A stretch of 61,053 nt of DNA, filler included, from Globobulimina sp. (GCA_003354225.1; 19 parts of 19 records of this genome joined end to end with filler, not necessarily neighbours in it); one strand, 5' to 3'; positions 38,638-51,507 are shown, numbered from the whole stretch's first letter. The notes: generated by a model from the letters alone, not told the origin. A program made the numbers and translations.

Positions 38638-41390
38638 ATGATATGCTGCGGTATGACATCTTGACCGGCAGCTATCATCACTGAATGGTTTGTAATGTAT
38701 GCAATGGAGCCCACAAACGGTGCTCTGTTGCAACTCAATACCAATAAATTTGCGCCGCCACCTTTCCCTTTGCGCAGTATCTTAATCCCAATCATCCACA
38801 ACCTTCGATAATTGAATACATTCGAAGGTAGACGCGGTTCAATGTAATATAGCAACACTCGCGATTTTAACAGCAATGTATTAAACACATTAAACACCGC
38901 TGCTCTTTTTCGAATGGTTGCTTCGTGGATAAATTGCAAATCCATACGCAAATTATTTGCTTTCCGATCAGTAGATTTACGGTCAAACTCCGCAGGCGAT
39001 TCGAACAATACATACCGAGTGATATCAACTTTATATTTGCGATAAATGGGCTGCTGTCCCAATATAAAGACCGCCACAGTAAAAGCTGAACGTCGCAGCG
39101 CATCGCGTATACCACGCAAATCATTATAGTCCATAGCAATGATTTTGGGCTGATTCAAAGGCGGCGTTCGAAAGCCTTGATTGCTATTAAATTGATGGAA
39201 AAACTTCTGCACTTCGCGAGCAAATTGGTCACCATTTCCGCCGTTGCTGTCATAACAAATGACCCAATTAATACCATTCCTGGCTGGAGCTCTCTGATTA
39301 TTGTGTTTAGCCACTTTAGCGCCATATATCGAGCGTAAATTGTACCAAAAATCATCCACTCCCTTCCAGACCCGACCAGTAAAGCTCTCCGCGGCCTGTT
39401 TCCCGATTTTATGATTGCTTTTAAAGCAAATAAAAGGCGCATCAATCAAGAATCCGCGCACTTGGATAGGTCGGTCGTCTGTGCTGAATATGGAGTTCCT
39501 TGTCCTTGCTTTTTGAGCCAATATCTTATTGATTTCAAGCGATTTGCTGATTATAAGTTGCAAACTGGGATGCGATCGTTTTCGTAATTCTTGCTTCGTA
39601 TTTTGATTATGCTCATCTATGGACACGATAACATATAGTAATTGCGGTAAAAAATGGAGTGTTCTGACGACTTTTTTGTCGCGACCTCTGCCGGTATACA
39701 CATGGTGAATTACCAGGCATTGTTCTTGCTGTTCGAGTAAGGTCACCTTTCGATTTGTCCTCGAATCTTTTTTGTCAGTGTAATACTGCCGGTATGATAT
39801 TTGACAATTATTTTTTGGAAATGTGCTGTCTAAATTTAGCGATTTGTCCAATCCGTCGATTTCAACAATTTGATCTGAATAACTTGTGATTTCTCGCTTT
39901 CCTTTGATCCATTTGTCCACTGCCTCGATACCATTGGCGCGGATTAAATCGTACAATGAATGTTTGGTTATTAACTTACGACTAATAAGTAAAGTATTCG
40001 ATGTTTCTGTTTCTAAATATCATACACAGGACAAATAGAAATACCTTAATTGATTTTTAATTAAAAATGAGGTTTGGATGGGTAAAATGGAGGATTTATA
40101 GCCTTTCAATAGTCGCAAATCTGGAAATTGAAGGTCTGTGCCGTTTTGTGTCCATACTTCCATAGCATTCAAATCTTGCAATGAATAAAATGCATCTTCC
40201 CGGTAATGCAACTGTGCATAGTTTGCACTGCGAAATCGGCCCCGGTTCAATATGCTCATTCCCATTTGTTGGAAGTATATGCCGCAGGATTTATAAATGT
40301 TGAGGAAGCTGGATTTGCCACACTTAGCATTCGCATTCTTGCTATTATTATTATTGCTGCATTGCAAGGAAACATCCGTAGTTTGTTGCCGTTCCAAGGT
40401 AACTTTATAAATATCGTTCTCGACCGTGAATACAGGCTCTTTTGGCGGGTCTTTGTTGAATGAAAAGATATGCAAATTATCAAATGTATGCGGATTAAAT
40501 GCGCGCAAATGTCGTCTGAATTTCATATAAATATCCCGTCTCTCATCCGCATCCATATCCATTTCGTGTAATTTCTCTTCTTTTTCTTCTGTGCTTTTTC
40601 CCTGAATATTAAAGGTGTATTGGTGCACCGTCAATGATTTATCATCGATGCGTATGCTATTTGTAGTCACTGCGACACGGTTTGGGAATGTCAATATCAT
40701 TTTGTTATTAGTGGCAGGGAGGTCATTTAGCCATTTATCACTATTTCGTTCGATTTTAACTTGTGCGGATAATGGGATATCCCCAATAAATACGCTTTCA
40801 TTCCCCTGCTTTCCAGTTACTACTTTTTTAGCTTTGCCCGGCTTAAATCGAGCTTCGTAGTACTCGCAATTATTGATTTTATCAATCCATTTCCGCAGTG
40901 GTTGCGCACCGCGCTTGTCCAATGATAATTGTTTGATGGATGCCAATAATTTCGGGTTTAATGCAGCTAAAAAATCATATTTTCCAGTCGGGGCTCGAGA
41001 TCCACCGCCTCTGCCACCACCGCGGTTTGTTCTGTGTCCACGATTTGATCTATAACCGCCTCTATTATTCCCTCTGTAACCGCCACCGCCTCGAGGACGG
41101 CCTCTGTTGTTATTGCCTCTGTAATTGCCGCCTCTGTTATTTCGATCATAAGGTTTTCGGTCATATCTGCGGTAATCACTACGATATGTACTATCATGTC
41201 GATCGCCACGATCTCTTTCTCTTTCTCTGTTGTATGGTTCATATCGATGGCCAGATGTTGGCCGATTCGAACTATGATGACCTTTGTATTTTTCTGGTTG
41301 ATTGGTATTGTTTTTGTTTTTTGCACGGTCTGGCGGGGCTACGCGATCATCTTTGTTGTGATGAGGCGGTGATGATGGATGTCGTTTCAT
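38638..41390 (-). CDS. Divergent Piwi/Argonaute-family protein, two exons (3' partial)
   Basis: RG/RGG N-tail; N domain (VAVTTN..VHQY); L1 (LLKGYKSSI..LS|RKLI across intron 39982-40044); PAZ (LDSTF..ISYRQYY..HFLPQL); MID (YRKYK..LQFI..LLK); PIWI start (WMIGIKI). Confidence 0.8.
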
Positions 41391-42083
41391 GTATTTTAGT
41401 GGTTATTGCCCATTGTCTTTTCAGTTTTTAATTATTAAGCAAGTTTTCACAGTAAGCTGTTTATTTAGCAAGGAGTTTAAAAACTGCTAAATCAAGGGAA
41501 AATGCTTTGAAACTTCAAAAACGTACATTTCTGATGTCCCTAAAGCTGGAAAACCACTAAAATTGGAAAAATGTCACATCAACCACCGTTACTGCACAGA
41601 CCAAATAAAAGACAAAGATTAGGATTCAATGAAATGATGGCGAGGTAACAGAAGAAAACAAAAACATTTTTCAAAGGTTAGGTATAAATAAAATGATTGG
41701 ATACAATGAATTAGCATTTTGGAATTGCTTAAATATAATTCATCGTGCAATTAAANNNNNNNNNNNNNNNNNNNNNNNNNNNNNNNNNNNNNNNNNNNNT
41801 TAATTAATTAANNNNNNNNNNNNNNNNNNNNNNNNNNNNNNNNNNNNNNNNNNNNTCTATCGTTTTGGATGATATTTGCCGTTCGTTAGCATTTACGAGC
41901 AAGAACTACCATTTAATGAATAAATAACACTGTTTGCAAGAAGTCATTGTGTTGTCATGGTACTTTTATTCTTATTCAGCTCAGCATACCCAGTAGCTTA
42001 CCCACCATACCAGCTCGAGAAAACTACAACATTTTCCAACCTTGCATGATTATCCTCTCACATTGTGCACTGATTCAGTTATG

Positions 42084-42093
42084 TATCCTTGCA
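42084..42093 (-). promoter_or_regulatory. Intergenic motif TGCAAGGATA
   Basis: TATCCTTGCA on + strand, 55 bp upstream of the ankyrin-RelA/SpoT ATG. Confidence 0.55.
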
Positions 42094-42147
42094 TAACTCA
42101 AAAAACGTGAGGCAAAGCCATTTTAAGTAACTGACTTAAAAATAATA

Positions 42148-44973
42148 ATGGCGGAGGCAAAAGACAACTCTCACACTGATAATCACGAAACAATAAAGAA
42201 TGTGGAGAATGAGCTTAAGGACCTGAGGCGACAGTTACATAAGGTATGCTGGTATCCATTGCCTAAAGAAGAAAAGCCAATATTTTAGATTACTGTATAG
42301 ATTGAAGAACAAATCCGAGGAAAAAGCGCAGAATTATCAACAGTGTTGGCACGATCAGTATCGATCGCTGATATTGATGAAATTTTAGATATGTCCCATG
42401 ATACCAGCGATGCATCGATAACATCCTCGTTATCAATGGACGCAATGGAACGAAAAGATAGCACAGATATCGATAATGAGAGTACAGATACAATGTCTCC
42501 AACATCTAAAACAATCAAATCGTCCAAGAAAAAAAAGAAAAAAAAAGGTGCTGATAAAAAACGAAAAGCAACTGCATTGTGGAAAGAATTAGAAAAACAA
42601 ATTAAGGACGGAAATATGGAGTATGTTAAGAAATTAATACAATTAAATAAAGTAAAAATAAGTGACAATACGCAATGTAATGGAAGGACCATTTTGATGA
42701 TGGCAGCAGAACACGGCCAATATGATATTTGTTGCATGGTAATTAATTTAGGCGCAGATGTTACAATGACTACAAAATACGACTCAACTCGCGATGCTTC
42801 CTACTTTGCCAACAAATCACGCCATTATCATATCGAACGACTATTATTAATATCATCATTTGGCGGCGAATCCAGCGCAAAAATTAATGAAATCATTGAG
42901 AAATTAAAAAAACAGCAAGCTCTCAACCAAGATTTTATTCGCGTTGTTATTGAAGAAAAATCAGATGAATCTGCTGGTGATCGCGAGGTATGGATTAAGC
43001 AAATCACTCAATATTTATGTGGTTTGATACAGAAAAAAATGGTATTCAGTGACGATATGCTCAGTTTGTGTTGGAATTACACAGTTTATAATAATAAAGA
43101 TAAGGCTTTAAGCAGCTATTTATGGACAACGATAATGCAAAGTTGTAAGGAAGTCATTCAAAGTAAAGATTCGAACAATTGGTATTGGTTTAAACAATAT
43201 ATGTTAAAATCAACCATATGGTTGCAACCACTCCCTTTATATGCTACCTTCGAAGGAATAAATGGTATTAATGATGGTAACGATAATAATCAATTATCTT
43301 TGAATGATCTATTAATTCAACAATTATTTGACATTACAAACACTCAGTCAATGCAAAACAGCACCAAATTAAAAGCAATGGAGAAGAAATTTAATACAGA
43401 TTGGAAAGCTTTGATTAATTTTGATATTCAAACACGTTATGGTTTGCAGCCGAGACAGGATGATATTTTTAATGGTTTGGTTGCAAAATATAGTAAACAA
43501 GAATTGTCACAAAATATAAACCCGTCGACAACGTTTAATGCTCTTAAACATTATGATATTCATCAATATTTACCCAAACTAATATTAGTGTGTCATATGA
43601 TTGACGATGAATTTCAACAATGTATTATGAATATATTTGATATAAACTCTGCCACAAATACCAATGTTTCTAGTTTTTATAGCAAGGATGTGGAAGATTC
43701 AGATGATGAGAAAAACTTAATTCGATATCGACGGGGTCCACTTAAACAAATATCGAGATGTAAAGTTAAGGCTGAAAATGACTATCAAACAATGAAATTT
43801 CCCACTTCTGCGCATTTATTAGATGTGGTGCGGTGTACTTTGATATTTCAAGATGTCGATGGTTTGTTAAAATCGTTGCGAGAATTTGAGGGTAAAGTGA
43901 ATAAGAACAAATGTGGTGTTATTCAAGAAATAGTTCGATGTAAGAATGGTTTCGTAGATTGGAATGGCGACGCACCAAATTATGCAGATATAAAATTAAA
44001 TGTATTAATACAAACTGATAAATATTATGCAGTGATTGGTGAGATACAATTTTTATTGAAGGATATGAGCATTTTTAAATTGAGAGCTCATAAGTTATAC
44101 AGTGTCAGTCGTTTAGATGAGGAATATTTGTCATTATTAAAAATAAAAGAAATAATGATGGATCATTCAAAATGTTTATTAAATGCATCCTTTTTTAACG
44201 ATTCAAAACAGATTTCAAATGTAATGGTTGTACATCAAAAAGATATTAAATTCATTCAAGAAAATATTGATTTACAAAGAATTTGTCAAACGAAAGGATT
44301 TAAATTGTTAAGAATGTTAAAACAATATATGGATAGCGATGAATTGATAATTAAATTAAAAGCATGCGGTGCATTTCAAATAGTTTGCAGCAGAGGTTAT
44401 ATTGATATGATTCAATATATTTATTTACAAATATTGACATCAAAAACAAACAAATATGATGATATGTTACGGAATGGTTTAGCTGAAGTAATAAATGAAG
44501 GGCATTTTGAAATATTGACATGGATGTTTACTGAGAATAAGAAACATAAAGATTTTAAGTTTCTGAAATTATGGAATCAATTTGAGACTGCGGATAAGTA
44601 TACGTTTTTTAGGAGAGTTTGTGAATTGGGCAAAACAAATTGTGCTAAATTATTATTAAGACATTTTGGTGCTTTGTTTGATCCAAATGATCAAAGTAAG
44701 GGTGGATACTGTGCATTGATGAAGGCTGTTCGTAAAAAACGAATTGAAACCGTAAAATGGTTGGCTACCTTAAAATATATTGATTTATTTTCTGAAAATG
44801 CCAAGAAAGGAAGAATTTGTTTGTTCGAAGCTATTGATGTCGGTTGTTTTCAAATTGCTGATATATTATTATCTCAATACAAAAAACAAGGTAGAGATCC
44901 AAAAGAAATGTTAATGTATAAAGCATCATTTGGGCATACAATACAGATTTTTGTTAAGACGGCGGGCTGGAAA
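42148..44973 (+). CDS. Ankyrin-repeat protein with central RelA/SpoT-like nucleotidyl/pyrophospho-transferase domain (3' partial)
   Basis: Intron 42244-42300; ankyrins GRTILMMAAEHGQ..GAD and GYCALMKAV; central GPLKQISRCKVK, LLDVVRCT, NYADIK, GEIQF, AHKLY. Confidence 0.75.
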
Positions 44974-45499
44974 NNNNNNNNNNNNNNNNNNNNNNNNNNN
45001 NNNNNNNNNNNNNNNNNTTAATTAATTAANNNNNNNNNNNNNNNNNNNNNNNNNNNNNNNNNNNNNNNNNNNNTGTGGCGCATGCTTGCGATTACATATT
45101 GAAGGCGTTTGACGATATTGGCCAGGAAATGGACGGGGTGGCACAATTTGTGCACCCGGACAGGGAAATGTGCGAACAATTGCAATTAGAATTGATTGCG
45201 ATGTATGAGAATCAGGTTCGAGAATATTGTGAGAGAGTTACACTGCGCATAATACACACCTTTGCCATAATATATTTCATTTCTTTTTGACAAATAACAG
45301 TCTTTTTTAGCACACGTGACACGTTGTACATGTAGCAATTTTGGGATATATTTAATTTGTGTAATGGATGGATTCAATTGGAGTTTATTTTTGATATAAT
45401 TTGTTGCATAATGTGTTGTATTTGTTCCTTTGCATGTTACTATAGGGAGATGCTGGAGATTATAAATATGAATACAACAATCGGAATAGCGGGAAAAGC

Positions 45500-47770
45500 G
45501 TGCACGAAAAGCACAAATTAGGCACATTAATCATACCCAATATCAACACGTACAAAGAACAATGGTTAGTGCATAAATCATTGGTCGGCAGATTAATACA
45601 ACAATTGCATGCCACCAAGAAAGAGTGTAACACCATCATCGACATCATAAAGCCCATCAAACGCAAACGGAACATCCTGAGCGAACTACCCGACACCAAA
45701 CGGATCAATATACTGTCCATATTCGATCGCGTTGACGACACCGTACAAGATTTCGAACCGACCAGTGATGAATGTATCGATAAGTTCAAGGATTTAATCC
45801 AATTCTTTGATATTTTAATCACCGAAGCCACGCAATCTGCGCCAAACAACAACACTGAGCCGGAAGTAGCCACTGCCACAATGACGGGCGTCGAGGAGCA
45901 ATTTTTGGACCACGACGCTCATGTTCTGCGCCGGAAGCAATACGCCGAAGTTATCGTAGATTTGGAGGACTATCTAACCGACGCACAGAAGCAATGTCAG
46001 ACTATCTCCGGTGCGCTACGGGCCGGCGCCTCTGAGATGGCCAAATCCGACGATAAAAGCGAATGGCTGTCCATCGTGGCGAGCATCAATCGCAATTCCA
46101 ACAGCTCATTGACTTTGATCCACGCCACGTTGCAAGAGTCGTTGAAGGAGATCAAAACTGCTGGCATCTTATTGATGGAGAATGATAAACAAATCGAACG
46201 CTATCAGCAACAGTTAAAATTCCTGACCACCGCCTTGGAGAAACAACGCAAGAAATACCACGATGATATGGAGGTATATTGCAGCAAAATCCGCAAAGAA
46301 AAGGATCGCAATTCGTATTTAAACGAAGAGCTGCAACAATCGCGAGCCATTGCGGAGCGACGATCGATCGAAGCACGCCGGGTCGAGAAGACCGTGGAGG
46401 AATTGACCCAACGATTACGCGATAAAATGGGTAAAGGAGGAGTTGCGAGTGAGGAGGAGTTGCGGTATAAATGCAGTGAGTTGTCGCGCCATTTGGACGA
46501 CAGTAAGTTACGGCGGCAATATGAGAAATGTAATTATAAGAAGAAGTTGGAGCAGATGCGTACGGCGTGGGAGCACGAAAAGGTGGGCATTGAGAACCGG
46601 CACAATATGCTGATCGAAAAGTTGCAGGACGAGATTCATTTGTGGCGCAGTACCAATGGGAGCAGCAATTTCGACGTGCAAGTGGCGATGGAGCAGATGG
46701 AGGACGCGCTGCACGAGGCCCACATCCAAATCCGCGACAAGGATGACGAGATTGACGAGCTGCGCCAACAAGTGCAGCTGTTGCAGCAAGAGCAAAATCA
46801 GCAGCTACAGCAACGGCGCACTGCCGCAGAGAAACCCGCACTGTCTACGGAGGAGAATGAGACTGCGATGGTAGTGGCGGAGAGCGGGTTGGATGCCATT
46901 GAGATGCGGAAAGGACTCGAATTGTACGACTTTATATGCAGCAATTTGGCGGAGATTGAGAGTGAATACGACTGTGATATGCACGAATCATTGATTTTGT
47001 TGAAGGAGCTGCGCCATGAACTGTCGCTGTACGGCGCCTTATTGACTGAGCGCGATTATGCCATTGAGATGTTGGAGAATCGATTAAATATATCCCAAAA
47101 TGCAACGACTAGTATCCATGATAAGTACAGTAAACTGCGACATAAGTTTCTCAGAGACGAGGACGAGTCTGATAATATGTCGCAAATCTCCGATCTTGAC
47201 GTATCTTTATATCTGCATTCCTTTTTTGTTTATACTTAATACCAATACACAGGAAAAGCAGCAACAACAGCAAGAGTTGCAGGTGAATGGTGCCGCCGTG
47301 GTCGAGGACCAAAAGGAATCGCAGGACATCGTCACCAATTTGCCCCCATCCACGCATCCAAAGATCAAACCCGGTGACAGCGCCGATGACATCCACATCG
47401 GTTCGCGGCGCAAATCATTATTGGCCTTCCAGCAGGCTTTCGAGAAAGGGAAGAAGCGGCAAAGTATCAAGAACCTGGAAAACGGACTGGATAAATTGAA
47501 GAAGGAGGACCTACGGCGCAGCAAGAACTCTCGCCGTCGCCGTTCGAGTGTGAGCAACTTACCGCCGCTGGGCTTGTTGCCGCCGGTGGCGGACGGCCCC
47601 GATCCGTTATCCCGCTCCGATCTCGGCGGTTATACCATGAAAGACCCCATGAACGAGGAGGACGTGACCTATCTCAAGTCCTTGGCCAAAGACCTGAAAA
47701 ATATCCATGTCGGGCGGTTGAAGGAAACGCCGGCAAATTCGCCGTTGAACTCGCCCAAAGAAATTGGCCT
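45500..47770 (+). CDS. Long coiled-coil hypothetical protein, multi-exon
   Basis: 579-aa heptad-rich ORF plus a downstream exon after an intron at about 47201-47253; probable upstream exon 45074-45236. Confidence 0.65.
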
Positions 47771-48190
47771 TGCGGGGCGCTGTTAATGGAGAAGGCAAAC
47801 CTGCCACAGTTCTATTGCGGGAGAATCCTGCGGTTGTCGACAGGGCACAATTGCCCGGGAGAATGGATCTGCCATCCATCATCAGCGTGTCCGACAGCAC
47901 GGATGTTTGCGTCGAGAATATCAGAATGAAAAACTCTCCGCTGTTCTACAGCGCCGGCCAGGTGTTGGAGGCAACGGACAGCCATGTAAGGGTACGCGTT
48001 CTCAAGGGCCATCCCGTTGCTGACGGCATGGCGTCTGACATCATGGGCACTTACGACTTGCAGAACCGCAGGCTTCTCAAGAGCCGCTTGACCTACTACG
48101 GCGGCGCCACATGGCGGGTTGTTGACCGAGACGATCGCATCATGGAACTCGACATTCGCAATGTGGGTTGGTACCAGCGAGAGAAGATCC
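47764..48190 (+). CDS. Fragment resembling a bacterial-type beta-helix glycoside hydrolase N-terminus
   Basis: GC-rich, intron-less frame with DVCVENIRMKNSPLFYSAGQV..VRVLKGHP, starting abruptly at the end of the preceding gene. Weak resemblance only. Confidence 0.3.
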
Positions 48191-48464
48191 NNNNNNNNNN
48201 NNNNNNNNNNNNNNNNNNNNNNNNNNNNNNNNNNTTAATTAATTAANNNNNNNNNNNNNNNNNNNNNNNNNNNNNNNNNNNNNNNNNNNNTACAGTACCA
48301 ATACAGTACCAAACCATTTATGGCCACATTCAGTTGTGGCCCTCTGGCCATTTGCCTACAGGGTCCGACTCAATTAAAATCACTATTCACCATCCGAGTC
48401 TAGGATTAGTACATCTTCGTATATGGGGTGGCAGGCTTTGTCCCATATACTCTCTGATGTTGGG

Positions 48465-49427
48465 GCATGTTTCGAAATACTTTGGTATTGATCCGCTGGA
48501 TGGAATTGTGATTCTGGTATCCATGGCGGCAATGGAATAGCATTGACATTCACTGACGACAACCAGGTTGCATTCGTTTTGCTTTTAGTTTGCTTTTGAA
48601 AAATATTAAAAACATATTATATACACTTAACTATGGTGGATGTGGTATATTTATAGAGCAATACATGAACCATGGTTTATTTGTGTGTGATGCTTTAATT
48701 TGGTTTAATTTGTCAATGCAGTTTGCAGTAATTACAAAATCTTCAGCATGCACTTTATTATTATTTTCATCTGCGACAGGTTTACTTTTTGTAGCTCTTT
48801 GTATATTCGCAGAACGGGTTTCAATCGGAATACCACTGCCTGTGTTTGGACCATTATGGAAGCCATTTGCTGTCCCATTTGTTTGATTGTCATAATGTTG
48901 GTTCCCACCCACAATAATACCGCCACCAACATCCATTTTACCATACAAATAAACATCATAACCAATATCTTGCAATGCATCAAACAATGTTATATTAAAT
49001 ATTTGCAAATTCCGAAAACGTTTACATGTTGCTTCATTATATAGAGATTTACAAAACGGATCTACTTCTTTTCCATCTGAGGTCATGCCCCAACCCATAC
49101 CGTTATTATAACCTCCTGATTCGTCAATTCTTCGTCCTGAAAATAATGCTGTTCTGCCAGGAACACATTGTGGCGATGATGTATAATGTCGCGTCATAAT
49201 GGATCCTTTCTCTGCTAATTGCCGCAAATTTGGCATATTCATCAATGGATATTGTCTATCGGTTGGATCCATATTACGACCGTCCATGGAATCACACTGT
49301 TAAAATAGATATAGTTTCTATTATATATACGATGGAAATAAATGCAATGTAATATGTTCGGCTTATCTGCACCCAATATTAAAGTAGTCAATATTAAAAA
49401 CCAAAGCATTTGAAAAATGTACGCCAT
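48465..49427 (-). CDS. Secreted formylglycine-dependent sulfatase (ARSK-like), multi-exon, truncated
   Basis: Signal peptide, KPNI, DSMDGR, SPQCVPGRTALFSGR (CxPxR), YGKMD, PHPPY. The first splice junction is not cleanly resolved. Confidence 0.88.
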
Positions 49428-49484
49428 GATTGGAGGCTGAGTGAAGTGAAGTGATAATTTTCGAAAGAAAAATAGTGTGTGACC

Positions 49485-50133
49485 ATGATCACCAACTCAC
49501 TCCGCTCAACTTCAAAACTACTAACATCAATAAATAAGACATCATATTTACGTTCATCAATCCGTTTGTTTGCAGAAGGAGAGACAGTGAGCCGCGAAGG
49601 ATGGGAATCAAAGGAATTACCATCGTTGGAAGAAGGCAGCGCAGTGCCTGAATTGTTTAGTTTTACATTGTCGTGTCCGCATAAAGAATTATATCAAGAC
49701 GCGCCAGTACGTATGGTAGGAGTCCCAGGCAGTGCAGGGAGGTTTGCTGCAACACCTGGGCATATACCAGTTATTTGCGAAATGCAGCCTGGCATTTTGT
49801 CATTATATCATGAACGAAGTGAAACTTCTGGAAGACAGGATTCTTATTTTGTGTCTGGCGGTGTTTGTATGATTCATCCAAATGGTTCTATGGAGGTTTC
49901 GACGCCGGAATGTGTCAATGTGCAGGATATTGATCCAAATGTTAAGTGTTGCCCTATTTGCGAATTTGCGTAACATATATATACATAATATATTATAGAA
50001 TATTCGCGATGGATTAGCAAAGGCAAAGGATAAAATGAGTAAAGCGACCGAGGAAAAGGATAAATTGGAAGCTGAAATTGAGATAGAAACATTTGAAATG
50101 CTTGAGAAATGTTTGGGAGCTGGAGCTCAATAA
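49485..50133 (+). CDS. ATP5F1D: Mitochondrial F1 ATP synthase delta subunit, two exons
   Basis: Transit peptide; FTLSCPH, VPGSAG..PGHIP..QPG, YFVSGG; intron 49941-49998; C-terminal helical hairpin EAEIEIE. Confidence 0.9.
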
Positions 50134-50392
50134 CAATATATTTATAGATATGCGCATCAATCGTCATTATACATGATATAAATGTTATATTAAATATTCT
50201 GGAGATTTAGGAGAATGTATAGATTTTTTATTTTGTTTGCGTTATGGATGAATGAATGACATATTGACTCAATCCAATAACCAACATTGCTTAAACCAAC
50301 ATGTTATTTTGAAATCTTGCATGCTCAGAACATTCGTCCATCCTGAAAATATACTTTGAAAAAACTCAAAAAAAGCAGTTTAATTTCCAGAA

Positions 50393-51253
50393 ATGGGCAA
50401 TTCCAATTCCAAATCAAAAAGTAAACCCAGAAAGGACACATCCAAAAAGGAAACAGAAATTAAACTTCTTTTATCTAAACTCAACGCCAATCCATCAAAT
50501 GATGAACGTGAGTTCAAAATAACCGGACGGCAGGAAGTGGATACAAGACAACTCCAAAACTCATTGGACACCATGGAAGCTGACGAAACATTGAAAGAAT
50601 TTGATACATATCAGATGATTTGTGAAAAGATGCCTATATTCGTATTATCAAAAGCTCCCATTGGTGGTAAAGACGAATCAAACGATGATTATAGAATACG
50701 GTATCCAATGTATTACGATGTGTATGGTTCAGCTGACACTAACGATAAAATTAAAGAAATTCTGGTTGCTTATATTTCAGCTAATATCGCTGACATAGTA
50801 CTAGAATATTGTGGCGATGACTTATTATTTTCTGTAAAGATGGGAGACTGTGGAGGCATGACTTTGACCACAACAACATTGCTCATTGGCGATGCAGTAA
50901 CAATCTCTTCAACGTATTCTGAGAAGTCTGGCCGGTCGAGTCGGGTCAGAATAAGCAAAGGTTATGATAAGAAACTGCATATATATCTGGTTTGGCTCAT
51001 TCATGAATTGAGAGGAACGGAATCGATGCCATTTGCATGGAATCGCAGAATTTTCAGTAGAGTTGACTTCAGTTTGGCGGATTTCATTTCATATGAAATT
51101 TTGGACAAAGCAAGACCACCGCCGAGGGAAAGTATATGTGTATTGGGAGGCTGTTTGGTGTCGATGGAGTTTGGCTTGAAAGCAGCAAGAAATACAAGCC
51201 CTCCCATCCTTGAGCTGAGAATAGCTGATATCTTTGTTTTAACCTGTGTTTGA
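50393..51253 (+). CDS. Hypothetical protein with N-myristoylation-like start
   Basis: MGNSNSKSK start; 286-aa intact ORF. Confidence 0.55.
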   Translation: MGNSNSKSKSKPRKDTSKKETEIKLLLSKLNANPSNDEREFKITGRQEVDTRQLQNSLDTMEADETLKEFDTYQMICEKMPIFVLSKAPIGGKDESNDDYRIRYPMYYDVYGSADTNDKIKEILVAYISANIADIVLEYCGDDLLFSVKMGDCGGMTLTTTTLLIGDAVTISSTYSEKSGRSSRVRISKGYDKKLHIYLVWLIHELRGTESMPFAWNRRIFSRVDFSLADFISYEILDKARPPPRESICVLGGCLVSMEFGLKAARNTSPPILELRIADIFVLTCV

Positions 51254-51507
51254 GCTGATTGGTTTGAATTTTTAAAATAGATTTCACTGTAATGTATTCT
51301 AAATGTTCTTTGGACATCTCCTGTCTTCTTTGAGGCATATATCAAAGTACAACATAGTCAGGTTATTGAAGATCTACATTTATGTCCAGGCAAATCCCGC
51401 AAATCAANNNNNNNNNNNNNNNNNNNNNNNNNNNNNNNNNNNNNNNNNNNNTTAATTAATTAANNNNNNNNNNNNNNNNNNNNNNNNNNNNNNNNNNNNN
51501 NNNNNNN

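Noticed and set aside
46152-46841. 229-aa minus-strand ORF and similar antisense ORFs (e.g. 22730-23230, 56229-56684)
   Set aside because: Antisense shadows of GC-richer coding regions with no motif support.
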